Shown here: in pieces, positions 11,111 to 20,079 of the stretch
Layout of the letters: each line of letters opens with the position of its first letter
Numbering within the stretch: position 1 is the stretch's first letter
NCBI GenBank assembly: GCA_026125625.1
Contig: JAHCKU010000001.1
Location: forward strand, 1-28,506
Source: Burkholderiales bacterium
Lineage (GTDB): Bacteria > Pseudomonadota > Gammaproteobacteria > Burkholderiales > SHXO01
DNA: 28,506 nt
Reading direction: 5' to 3'
Notes under the pieces: model-generated
Told to the model about the DNA's origin: nothing
Seen by the model: only the letters and a program-made list of their open reading frames with translations
The model's database searches: none
Translations under genes and position numbers: made by a program

Positions 11111-12220
11111 TCAATACACCACCACCGCCCGGATCGACTTGCCCTCGTGCATGAGATCGAAGCCGCGGTTGATATCCTGCAGCGGGAGCGTATGGGTGAT
11201 GAGGTCGTCGATGTTGATCTTGCCGTCCATGTACCAGTCGACGATGCGGGGCACGTCGGTGCGGCCGCGCGCTCCGCCGAAGGCGGTGCCCTTCCACACC
11301 CGGCCGGTCACCAGCTGGAAAGGCCGCGTCTTGATCTCCTGGCCGGAGCCGGCCACGCCGATGATCACCGACACCCCCCAGCCGCGATGGCAGCACTCCA
11401 GCGCCTGGCGCATCAGGTCGACGTTACCCACGCACTCGAAGCTGTAATCCGCTCCCCCGTCGGTCAACGACACCAGATACTGCACCAGATCACCGCCGAC
11501 TTCCCTGGGATTGACGAAGTGCGTCATGCCGAAACGCTCGGCCAGCGCCTTGCGTGCCGGATTGATATCCACGCCGATGATCTTGTTGGCGCCGACCAGG
11601 CGCGCACCCTGGATCACGTTCAGGCCGATGCCGCCCAGGCCGAATACCACCACGTTGGCGCCCGGTTCGACCTTGGCGGTGTTGATCACCGCACCGATGC
11701 CGGTGGTCACGCCGCAGCCGATGTAGCACACCTTGTCGAAGGGGGCGTCCTCGCGGATCTTCGCCACCGCGATCTCCGGCAGGACAGTGTAGTTGGAGAA
11801 CGTCGAGCAGCCCATGTAGTGATGGATCATCTCGCCGCCGAGGGAAAAGCGGCTGGTGCCGTCCGGCATCACGCCCTTGCCCTGCGTTGCACGAATGGCG
11901 GTGCACAGATTGGTCTTGCGCGACAGGCACGACTTGCACTGCCGGCACTCGGGCGTATACAGCGGAATGACGTGATCGCCTTTCTTCAACGAGGTCACGC
12001 CGGGACCGACGTCGACCACGATGCCGGCGCCCTCGTGACCGAATATGGCCGGGAACAACCCCTCCGGGTCTGCTCCCGAACGCGTGAACTCGTCGGTGTG
12101 ACAAATGCCGGTGGCCTTGATCTCGACCAGCACCTCGCCCGCCTTCGGCCCGTCCAGCTGCACGGTTTCGACGGAAAGCGGCTGGCCCGCCGCGAACGCA
12201 ACGGCTGCCTTGACGTCCAT
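11111..12220 (-). CDS. frmA: S-(hydroxymethyl)glutathione dehydrogenase / class III alcohol dehydrogenase
   Basis: [45 protein letters not shown]. Confidence 0.97.
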   Translation of the reverse strand: MDVKAAVAFAAGQPLSVETVQLDGPKAGEVLVEIKATGICHTDEFTRSGADPEGLFPAIFGHEGAGIVVDVGPGVTSLKKGDHVIPLYTPECRQCKSCLSRKTNLCTAIRATQGKGVMPDGTSRFSLGGEMIHHYMGCSTFSNYTVLPEIAVAKIREDAPFDKVCYIGCGVTTGIGAVINTAKVEPGANVVVFGLGGIGLNVIQGARLVGANKIIGVDINPARKALAERFGMTHFVNPREVGGDLVQYLVSLTDGGADYSFECVGNVDLMRQALECCHRGWGVSVIIGVAGSGQEIKTRPFQLVTGRVWKGTAFGGARGRTDVPRIVDWYMDGKINIDDLITHTLPLQDINRGFDLMHEGKSIRAVVVY

Positions 12221-12307
12221 GGAATCTCCTTGGCTGGGAGCCGTGGATCCGGAAGCCGGAGCGCGTCGTGCCGCGCTCCGGCCCCGGTCTTCAGCCCCTT
12301 TCTTTGA

Positions 12308-13192
12308 TCAACTCGCGACCTTCAGCCCTTGCGGCGCTCCGAAGTAGCGATTGCGGATGGCGGTTTGATTCTCGTAGATCGAACCCTGATTGAGCGCCGG
12401 AGGATACGGCATGCGCACCGGCACCTTCTCCAGGCGCGGCTCGAGCGTGGGCTGCCCGCAGATCATGCGACTGTTGAACTCGTCCAGATTGGTCCAGTTC
12501 ACCAGCGGCCAGGCATCGGCGGCAGCGCACTCGTAGAGCATGAGTGGGCGCGGCCGGTTGGAACGATTCTCGGCTGAACCATGCACCAGGCGCACATGGT
12601 GGAACGAACACGAGCCGGCCTTCCCAGGGCAGGACACCGCCTTCGAGAAATCCAGGCCGGACGCGGCCGGATCCATTGCACCGCAAAAACGGCCATCCGC
12701 GTGATGGTCGTATACGCCGTGGCGGTGCGTGCCGGGCATCACCAGCAGTGCCCCGTTCTCCTCGTCGATGTCCTCCAGCATGACGCCGATGGCCAGCAGA
12801 TCGTCGTTGGTGTGCGGGTAGAAGGCCCAGTCCTGATGCCATTCCACCGGTGAGCCGTACTGTGGATCCTTCATGTTCATCTTCGATCCGTGCAGCCGCA
12901 CGTCTGGACCCAGCAGCGCCATCAGGATCTGGGTCATGGCCGGGCTCTTCACCAGCTGATCGAAAATCGGGTGCACCGTAGTGGGCTTTTTGATGCGCCG
13001 CACACGCGGATGGTCCGGAGTATGGCTGGGTTCGAGGTCGTATATCTCGTTGTGCGTGGTCAGGCCGCGCGCCTTGGCAATCAACCCGGCTACCACCGAT
13101 TTCACGGCGTCGCGCATGGCCTGATCCACCACGTTCTCCACGACGATGTAGCCGTTCTCCTTGTAGGACTCTACTTGCTTGCTCGTGATCAC
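12308..13192 (-). CDS. PhyH family Fe(II)/2-oxoglutarate dioxygenase (probable GTG start at 13192)
   Basis: EWHQDWAFYPHTN, ENGALLVMPGTH, VHGSAEN; GGGAGA RBS upstream of the GTG. Confidence 0.88.
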   Translation of the reverse strand: MITSKQVESYKENGYIVVENVVDQAMRDAVKSVVAGLIAKARGLTTHNEIYDLEPSHTPDHPRVRRIKKPTTVHPIFDQLVKSPAMTQILMALLGPDVRLHGSKMNMKDPQYGSPVEWHQDWAFYPHTNDDLLAIGVMLEDIDEENGALLVMPGTHRHGVYDHHADGRFCGAMDPAASGLDFSKAVSCPGKAGSCSFHHVRLVHGSAENRSNRPRPLMLYECAAADAWPLVNWTNLDEFNSRMICGQPTLEPRLEKVPVRMPYPPALNQGSIYENQTAIRNRYFGAPQGLKVAS

Positions 13193-13487
13193 GACTGTCT
13201 CCCAGGTTGCCAGGTGCACCCGGCCCGTCGACCGCTGCCAAGCAGGCGCGCACGGACCGGGAGCAAACCGGAACACCATAAGTGACGCTCCGGCCCGCTG
13301 TCAAACCGATCCGCTGTCCGTTCAATTCGTTCCCAACTTGCCAGTATCACGCGCCCTGTGCCATCTTACGCTCCGTCCAACGGTTATGAACCGTCGTCGG
13401 TAACGGCGCGATCCATTCCCGGTGAGACGACACAAAAAAAGCACTTCATGACGCACTTCATGACCATGTAGGGAAGGAGATACATCA

Positions 13488-14576
13488 ATGAAACTTACTA
13501 TCGTTGCAGGAGCCGTGCTGGCCCTGTTCGCAGGCGCCGCTTCGGCGCAGGTGTTGCGGGGTCCCACGGATGATTCAGCCTTGAACTTCAAGTCTCAGTG
13601 GGGCAAGGAGGATCGTGCCGGGAGCGCAAACCACACCAAGAATCCGGCACAGATCAAACGCGCACTGGCCACCATCAAGCAGAACAAGGCGATCACCATC
13701 GGCAAGTACTATCATCGTGAAGCACCGGCGTTCGGACCGCGCGCATGGAACATGTGGATCCCCGGCACCCCGACCGGCGGTCCGTTCGGCAAGAACGCAC
13801 TGGTCTACCACGACGAGCTGGTGACCACCCAGATCGGCCAGATCCAGACGCAGTTCGACGGCCCCGGCCACATCGGCGTCAACACCTCCAAGGGCCCGGT
13901 GTTCTACAACGGCATAATCAACTGGGACGCGTACGAGCGCGGCGCTGGCGGTCAGGTCCTGGGCATGGGTCCGCTGGGCGTGGAGCATGTCGGCGAGCTC
14001 GGCTTCGTGTGCCGTCTGGTGGTGCTGGACGCGGTGGCCTATCGCAAGTCGCAAGGCAAGATCCCGCAAAACGCCGAGATGCTGCCGATCCCCAACAGCT
14101 CCGACTCACCGGGCATCGTGACTGCGGCCGACGTCCAGGCCATCGTCAAGGCGCAAGGTCTGTCGGAAATCGGCGCGGGCGACTGCGTGGCCGTGCACAC
14201 TGGTCAAGGCAACTCCTGGAGCAATGACCGTTACAAGTCGATGACCACGGAGCAGCGCGCTGCGGCACGCGCCTTGTTCGCCCAGGGTGAGCCGGGCTTC
14301 GGTATCAGCGCCTGCGAATACTTCGCTACGCGCAACATCGCCATGACCTTGGGCGACACTTCGGCCAACGATGCACAGCCCTTCGGCGAGAAGGGCAATG
14401 AGCACGCCGTGCCCTGCCATACCGAGCTGCAACCCAAGCACGGCATCTGGAACTTCGAGAACATCGACACCAAGTCCCTGGTGGATGCCAAGGTCTACGA
14501 AGGGGCGTTCATCTGGGCGCCGCTGCGCATCATCGGTGCCACCGGCTCGCCCGGCAATCCGATGGTGCTGTACTGA
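13488..14576 (+). CDS. Cyclase family (kynurenine formamidase-like) protein with signal peptide
   Basis: Signal peptide ending ASAQ; TQFDGPGH, GDCVAVHTG, CH...GIWNFEN, PLRIIGATGSPGNP; AAGGAG RBS. Confidence 0.85.
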   Translation: MKLTIVAGAVLALFAGAASAQVLRGPTDDSALNFKSQWGKEDRAGSANHTKNPAQIKRALATIKQNKAITIGKYYHREAPAFGPRAWNMWIPGTPTGGPFGKNALVYHDELVTTQIGQIQTQFDGPGHIGVNTSKGPVFYNGIINWDAYERGAGGQVLGMGPLGVEHVGELGFVCRLVVLDAVAYRKSQGKIPQNAEMLPIPNSSDSPGIVTAADVQAIVKAQGLSEIGAGDCVAVHTGQGNSWSNDRYKSMTTEQRAAARALFAQGEPGFGISACEYFATRNIAMTLGDTSANDAQPFGEKGNEHAVPCHTELQPKHGIWNFENIDTKSLVDAKVYEGAFIWAPLRIIGATGSPGNPMVLY

Positions 14577-14600
14577 TCGGAACGGGTAGTAAGCAGGTAG

Positions 14601-14630
14601 AAACGGCAGCCCGCGGGCTGCCGTTTTTTT
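14601..14630 (+). terminator. Rho-independent terminator between convergent genes
   Basis: AAACGGCAGCC-CGCG-GGCTGCCGTTT followed by a T run. Confidence 0.85.
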
Positions 14631-14665
14631 GGTGCAACCCCGCGCAGTCGTTTTGCAACGGCCTG

Positions 14666-15457
14666 CTACTCGAATACGGCTTCCACCCGTCCCAACCGGT
14701 CGATCTCCATCACCACCTGGTCGCCACGGTTCACCCACTTGGTTTCGACCACACTTCCGGTGAACACGAACTCGCCGGCACGCAGTCCCTGGCCGCGTCG
14801 GGACAGATTGTTCGCCAGCCAGGCCAGTGCCTCGAACGGATGTCCCATGACGTCGGCACCGCGCCCGCGCCCGACTTCGACACCGTTGATCCATGTGACC
14901 CCCGTCAACGCGCCGAGATCCAGCGCACGCCAGTCGCGCACCGCCGTCCCTAGCACACAGCCGGCATCGAAGAAATCGTCGGCGATGAGCGTCGGCGTGT
15001 CGAGCGACTTGTAGTCGACGTAGCGGTCGTCGACGATCTCCATCCCGGCCATGATCTCGCTCACCGCGTCCTGCACCGTCGCTCGCGTATAGGGCTGGGC
15101 GGAGGCCGGCAGGTCGCGGCCCAGCCGCACCACCATCTCACATTCGACACCGGGGCGCACGAAGTCAGCGTGGCGCAGACGCGCCGGCGTGGCATGCACC
15201 GTACGCGCGAACACGCCGCCGGCACATGGATTCGGAATATTGAGGAACGCCTGCATCACCTGCGTGGTGCAGCCGATCTTGTGACCCGACAACCGTCCGA
15301 GGGTGGGCTGCAACAGCGCATGCAATGCCTCCTGCACTGCGTAGGCCTGGGCTTCGTCGCCCGGCCGCGCTGCTGCGTCGAGTGCCGGCAGCCGACGTCG
15401 CTGCAGCCGATGGTCGCGGATGAGGTGTGCCGCGGCGGTGATGGCTCGTGGATCCAG
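14666..15457 (-). CDS. 2-keto-4-pentenoate hydratase / fumarylacetoacetate hydrolase superfamily protein (probable CTG start at 15457)
   Basis: GHKIGCTT, GVECE, EIVDDRY, LIADDFFDAGCVLG, HPFEALAWLAN, VFTGS. The frame is open 120 nt upstream of the GTG at 15337, to a GAGGAGG RBS. Confidence 0.85.
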   Translation of the reverse strand: MDPRAITAAAHLIRDHRLQRRRLPALDAAARPGDEAQAYAVQEALHALLQPTLGRLSGHKIGCTTQVMQAFLNIPNPCAGGVFARTVHATPARLRHADFVRPGVECEMVVRLGRDLPASAQPYTRATVQDAVSEIMAGMEIVDDRYVDYKSLDTPTLIADDFFDAGCVLGTAVRDWRALDLGALTGVTWINGVEVGRGRGADVMGHPFEALAWLANNLSRRGQGLRAGEFVFTGSVVETKWVNRGDQVVMEIDRLGRVEAVFE

Positions 15458-15533
15458 GATGTCCTCCTCGGTTGCCGGATTCGCATGGACATTCTACAGG
15501 CCTCGCCCGATGCAGCGCAGCAAACGGCCTGCC

Positions 15534-15562
15534 TTGACATCGCCAAGTAGCTCTCACATCAT
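15534..15562 (+). promoter_or_regulatory. Candidate sigma70 promoter for the sugar ABC operon
   Basis: TTGACA-N17-CATCAT, about 55 nt upstream of ATG 15617. Confidence 0.5.
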
Positions 15563-15616
15563 CCAAACGGCCTCCCGGCTGGCATGGGCGGGCGTCAATA
15601 CAACGAGGAGGAGAAG

Positions 15617-17083
15617 ATGTCCATTCAACATCGGCGGCCGCTGGGCGTATGCCGGCAGGCGCTGCTGCCCGCGTTGGCGGTTATTGCGCTGGCATGGGTC
15701 GGCGTTGCAAACGCACAGAGTGCGGCACAGCGCGCGGTCGACGCCGCCAAGAAGATCTGCTCGGGCAAGACCATCACCATCGTCTGGGAAGCCGGACTGC
15801 AATCGCTCGACCCACTGAACTTCTCCGGACCGAAATGGGAGCAGCTCACGGGCTGCAAGGTCAAGGTGGTGGAAGTCCCGACCGCCGAGATGTTCACCAA
15901 GATCATGCAGGAATACCGCGCGGGCACCGGCGCCTATGACGCGCTCAACGTGATTCCGGCATGGATGCCCGATCTGGTGCAGGCCGGGGCACTGGAGATG
16001 CTCGATCCCTACGTCGACAAATACGGCTATCGCAGCGAGCTGCAGTCCATCGCGCCGACCTACCGCGACAATCAGATGACGGTCAACGGGAAGATCTACG
16101 CGTTCCCGGACGACGGCGACGTGTTCGTCATGTACTACCGCAAGGACCTGTTCGCCCGCGACGATCTCAAGAAGGCATTCAAGGCCAGACACGGTTACGA
16201 CCTGGCCGTGCCCAAGACCTGGAAGGAGTTCGACGATATCGGTGCCTTCCTGACCGAGGCGCTGAAGAAGGAAGGCATCTACGGTGCTTCGTCCTTCCGC
16301 GAGCCCGGTTATGGGAATTTCATGTTCCAGGAGCGCTTCCGCAACGAGGGCGGAAAGTTCTTCGACGCCAACATGAAAGCCACCATCAACAGCCCCGCCG
16401 GGGTGAAGGTGTTCAGCGACTGGGTGAAGGAGAACAAGTTCATGCCACCGGGCGTGGAGAAGTTCGGCTTCGTCGAGAACCTCGCCACCTTCCTGCAAGG
16501 CCACGCCGCGATGACCATCTCCTGGCCACCCTACGGCCGCTTCGCCGCCGGCTATCTCGCCAATGAGAAGGCCCTCGACTGGGTGCCGAAGTCCAGGATC
16601 GCCGGCAAGGTCGGGTACGCCCTGCCGCCGGGCGGGCATCCCGAACTGGCCGCCGGTTTTGCGCTGTCGGTGGCATCGACCAGCAAGCAGAAGGAGCAGG
16701 CGTATCTGTTCATCCAGTGGCTGAACAGCGAGGAGATTTCCAGCCAGCGCGTGAAGCTGCCCTACGCGCTGCGCGATCCGTTCCGCGATTCGCACTTCAC
16801 CGATCCGGCGTACATGAAGCTGTGGCCGGACGCGAAGGAGTATCTGGCGGCGCTGCAGGCCGGCTCGAAGACGGGTTTGCTCGATCTGTCGCTGATCCAG
16901 ACCGACAAGTACGAAGAAGCGCTGCGTCAGGGCATCAGCCGCCTGTGGGCAGGCGAGGATCCGAAACGGATCCTCGACGACATCGCGCGGCAGTGGGACG
17001 AGACCACGCGACGTGTGGGAGTCGAGAAGCAGAAGGCGGTATACAACGCCTGGGCAGCGAAGTCCGGCGCGTATCCGAAGTAG
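15617..17083 (+). CDS. Carbohydrate ABC transporter substrate-binding protein (CUT1)
   Basis: Signal peptide; PDDGDVFVMYYRKDLF, VPKTWKEF; GAGGAGGAG RBS. Confidence 0.9.
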   Translation: MSIQHRRPLGVCRQALLPALAVIALAWVGVANAQSAAQRAVDAAKKICSGKTITIVWEAGLQSLDPLNFSGPKWEQLTGCKVKVVEVPTAEMFTKIMQEYRAGTGAYDALNVIPAWMPDLVQAGALEMLDPYVDKYGYRSELQSIAPTYRDNQMTVNGKIYAFPDDGDVFVMYYRKDLFARDDLKKAFKARHGYDLAVPKTWKEFDDIGAFLTEALKKEGIYGASSFREPGYGNFMFQERFRNEGGKFFDANMKATINSPAGVKVFSDWVKENKFMPPGVEKFGFVENLATFLQGHAAMTISWPPYGRFAAGYLANEKALDWVPKSRIAGKVGYALPPGGHPELAAGFALSVASTSKQKEQAYLFIQWLNSEEISSQRVKLPYALRDPFRDSHFTDPAYMKLWPDAKEYLAALQAGSKTGLLDLSLIQTDKYEEALRQGISRLWAGEDPKRILDDIARQWDETTRRVGVEKQKAVYNAWAAKSGAYPK

Positions 17084-17154
17084 ACAACGGCAACGCGCGG
17101 CCGTGGCACGTGACGGCCGTGCGGATCCCCTGCACCGAAATCAGCATTGCACCA

Positions 17155-17183
17155 GGGCGGGCACTCGGTCCGCCCGTTTTTTT
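17155..17183 (+). terminator. Terminator-like hairpin with U tract between the binding-protein and permease genes
   Basis: GGGCGG...CCGCCC followed by G and T7. Confidence 0.5.
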
Positions 17184-17185
17184 CG

Positions 17186-18106
17186 ATGACCGCATCCCAG
17201 GCCGACCTCGTGCTGCGAGCCGGCGCCCGCCCCGGCGGCGGGCGCCACGACCGGCGTTTCAAGTACGCGCTGGTCGCCCCCTCGATCTTCGTCCTGCTGC
17301 TGATCGGCGTCTTCCCGCTGGTCTATCTGCTCGTGGTCAGTTTTCAGAACATCACCATGACGGACATGGACAAGACGTTCCAGGGTCTGCTCAACTACCG
17401 CCTGCTGGTGCAGGACACGCGCATGTGGGAAGCGCTGCTGCATACCGTGATCTTCACCGCCGTCGCGCTGCCCATCGAGCTGCTGCTCGGGCTGGCCATG
17501 GCGCAGCTGTTCATCGACCGCCTGCCGGGACGGCAGGTATTCATCGCGCTGCTGGTCCTGCCGGTGGTGGTCTCGCCCATCGTCGCAGGAGCGACGTGGT
17601 CGCTCATGTTCAACACCCGCTTCGGACCGATCAATCAGATCATCGGCTGGTTCGCGGGCGAGGAGGTCAACATCCTGTGGACGATCAATCCGTCGCTGGT
17701 CTATCCGGCCATCCTGGCCGCGGAGATCTGGCAATGGACGCCGTTCATGTTCCTGCTGCTGCTGGCGGCGTTGTCCGGCGTGGATAAATCGCAGCTGGAG
17801 GCGGCGGCCATCGACGGAGCCGGATACTGGCGCAGCTTCTTCAAGCTGGTGCTGCCGGCGATCTGGCCGGTGATGGCGGTCGCCATCCTGATTCGCGGGC
17901 TGGATCTGTTCCGCCTGTTCGACATCGTGTGGGCATTGACCAAGGGCGGCCCCGGCACCATGACCGAGACGATCTCGATCTTCGCCTACGTCAAGGGGTT
18001 CCAGCAGTTCGAGACCAGCTACACGGCGGCAGTTGCACTGATGATCATCGTGCTGCTCACCGTGGTCGTGTTACTCGCGCTCAAGCGCGTCCAGCTGGCC
18101 AGATGA
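17186..18106 (+). CDS. Carbohydrate ABC transporter permease 1 (start uncertain; TTG at 17147 possible)
   Basis: WQWTPFMFLLLLAAL, EAAAIDGA (EAA loop). Confidence 0.9.
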   Translation: MTASQADLVLRAGARPGGGRHDRRFKYALVAPSIFVLLLIGVFPLVYLLVVSFQNITMTDMDKTFQGLLNYRLLVQDTRMWEALLHTVIFTAVALPIELLLGLAMAQLFIDRLPGRQVFIALLVLPVVVSPIVAGATWSLMFNTRFGPINQIIGWFAGEEVNILWTINPSLVYPAILAAEIWQWTPFMFLLLLAALSGVDKSQLEAAAIDGAGYWRSFFKLVLPAIWPVMAVAILIRGLDLFRLFDIVWALTKGGPGTMTETISIFAYVKGFQQFETSYTAAVALMIIVLLTVVVLLALKRVQLAR

Positions 18107-18933
18107 AAGCCGCGCATCGCAATCGGCTGAAGCTCGCTGTGCGCCTGGCCGCAGCCACGCTCATCACGCTGCTGTTCCTGTTTCCGATCTACTGGCTGTT
18201 CATGATCTCGTTCAAGACGCCGGACGAGATCTTTTCCTACCCGCCCAAGTGGTGGCCCGCGCAGCTGCAGTTCTCCAGCTACGCGGTGCTGTTCAGGGAC
18301 GGCGACGCCACCACGGTTCTGAACAGCCTCATCGTGGCCGGCACCAGCACCGTGCTCGCGATGTTCATCGGTACGCTGTGCGCGTACAGCATCGCGCGCT
18401 TTCGCACCGGCGGCGACAACCTCGCCAACTGGATCATCTCGCAGCGCATGGTGCCGCCCATCGCGGTAGTGTTTCCGATCTTCCTGCTGTACGTATGGCT
18501 GGGACTGGTCGACACCTTCCCCGGCCTGATCCTGCTGTATACGGCCTTCAATCTGCCCTACGTGATCTGGATGATGCGCGGCTACATCCTCGACATCCCG
18601 ATCGCCCTCGAGGAGGCGGCGCTGGTCGACGGCTACACGCGCTGGCAGATGCTGTGGAAGGTGGTGTTTCCGATGTCGCGCGCGGGGTTGTTCGCCACCG
18701 CGATCTTCACTTTCGTGTTTGCCTGGAACGAATTCCTGTTCGCGCTGGTGCTCACCCGCACCGAGGTCACCACCTACACCGTGCAGGTCACCCACTACTT
18801 CGGCGGACAATCCAACTTCTGGTCCAAGATCTCCGCGATGTCCGTACTCGGGACGCTGCCGATCTTCATCATCGTCGGATTCATGCAGCGCTATCTGGTA
18901 CGCGGATTCTCGCTGGGAGCGGTGAAGGGATAA
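18103..18933 (+). CDS. Carbohydrate ABC transporter permease 2
   Basis: ATGA overlap with permease 1; LEEAALVDG, FAWNEFLFA. Confidence 0.92.
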   Translation: MKAAHRNRLKLAVRLAAATLITLLFLFPIYWLFMISFKTPDEIFSYPPKWWPAQLQFSSYAVLFRDGDATTVLNSLIVAGTSTVLAMFIGTLCAYSIARFRTGGDNLANWIISQRMVPPIAVVFPIFLLYVWLGLVDTFPGLILLYTAFNLPYVIWMMRGYILDIPIALEEAALVDGYTRWQMLWKVVFPMSRAGLFATAIFTFVFAWNEFLFALVLTRTEVTTYTVQVTHYFGGQSNFWSKISAMSVLGTLPIFIIVGFMQRYLVRGFSLGAVKG

Positions 18934-18935
18934 TC

Positions 18936-20039
18936 ATGTCCGACCTCAAGATAACTGCCCTGCACAAGTACTACGGCGAAGTCCACGCCGTGAAGGGCGT
19001 GGACCTGGAAATCCCCGCTGGTGAGTTCACGGTGCTGGTGGGACAGTCCGGCTGCGGCAAGAGCACGCTGCTGCGCACGATCGCCGGCCTGGAGACGGCC
19101 GATGCCGGAACCATCGAGATCGGCGGCGAAGTGGTGAACGATCATGCGCCACGCGATCGCGACATCGCCATGGTGTTCCAGAACTACGCGCTCTACCCGT
19201 ACATGAAGGTGTACGAGAACATCGCCTTCGGCCTGCGTGCGCGCAGAACCCCGCGCGCCGAGATCGACGCCAAGGTGCGCAAGGCCGCGCAGATGCTGGC
19301 CATCGACCATCTGCTCGAGCGCTATCCGCGGCAGCTGTCCGGCGGGCAGCTGCAGCGCGTGGCGATCGGACGCGCCGTGGTGCGCAACGCCCGCCTGTAC
19401 CTGTTCGACGAGCCGCTGTCGAACCTCGACGCGCAGCTGCGCGACGAGATGCGCGGCGAGATCAAGCGCCTGCACCAGGATCTGGGCAAGACCATGATCT
19501 ACGTCACGCACGATCAGATCGAGGCCATGACCATGGCCGATCGCATCGTCCTGCTGCGCGAAGGACGCATCGAGCAGCAGGGCGCACCCCTGGATCTGTA
19601 CGAGCGTCCTGCCACCCGCTATGTAGCCGGCTTTCTCGGTTCGCCGACGATGAATTTCATCGACGCCAGCCTGGAACGCGGCAACGATGCCTTGAACGTG
19701 CGCCTGTGCGACGGCACCAGCCTGGCGTTGCCGATGGCGCGCACCGCGAAGCTGGCAGGCCGTGAAGGACAGCGCGTGGTGCTGGGCGTGCGGCCCGAGC
19801 ACATGAGCCGCGCATTGGCGGGCGACACGCGCAGCGGGCTGGTGCGCTACGAGGCCCGGATCGATCTGGTGCAACCGACCGGCGCGCGCACCTATGCCAC
19901 CTTCAGGATGGGCGATACCGAAGCGGTGGCAGAGCTGCTCGCCCACGACGTGTCGCAGCCGGGCGAGCGCATCGGGCTGGCGATCGACATGAACCGCGTG
20001 ATCCTGATCGATCCCGGCAGCGACGCGGTGATCGGGTGA
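18936..20039 (+). CDS. Carbohydrate ABC transporter ATP-binding protein (MalK/UgpC family)
   Basis: GQSGCGKST Walker A, VFQNYALYP, LSGGQLQR, LFDEPLSNLD, YVTHDQ. Confidence 0.95.
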   Translation: MSDLKITALHKYYGEVHAVKGVDLEIPAGEFTVLVGQSGCGKSTLLRTIAGLETADAGTIEIGGEVVNDHAPRDRDIAMVFQNYALYPYMKVYENIAFGLRARRTPRAEIDAKVRKAAQMLAIDHLLERYPRQLSGGQLQRVAIGRAVVRNARLYLFDEPLSNLDAQLRDEMRGEIKRLHQDLGKTMIYVTHDQIEAMTMADRIVLLREGRIEQQGAPLDLYERPATRYVAGFLGSPTMNFIDASLERGNDALNVRLCDGTSLALPMARTAKLAGREGQRVVLGVRPEHMSRALAGDTRSGLVRYEARIDLVQPTGARTYATFRMGDTEAVAELLAHDVSQPGERIGLAIDMNRVILIDPGSDAVIG

Positions 20040-20079
20040 TGCACGATCGCGGACAATACCGGAGTCAATGGAGCGAACG

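Noticed and set aside
12255-12282. 11-bp stem hairpin between the second PhyH gene and frmA
   Set aside because: Single copy with no clear U tract in the transcribed direction; an ordinary intergenic stem.
13335-13375. Sigma54 promoter (TGGCAC on the minus strand)
   Set aside because: The GC at -12 is not at the required GG-N10-GC spacing.
13474-13490. AAGGAGATACAT resembling a T7 vector RBS (possible contamination)
   Set aside because: The match is short and imperfect, and the surrounding sequence is native with no other vector features.
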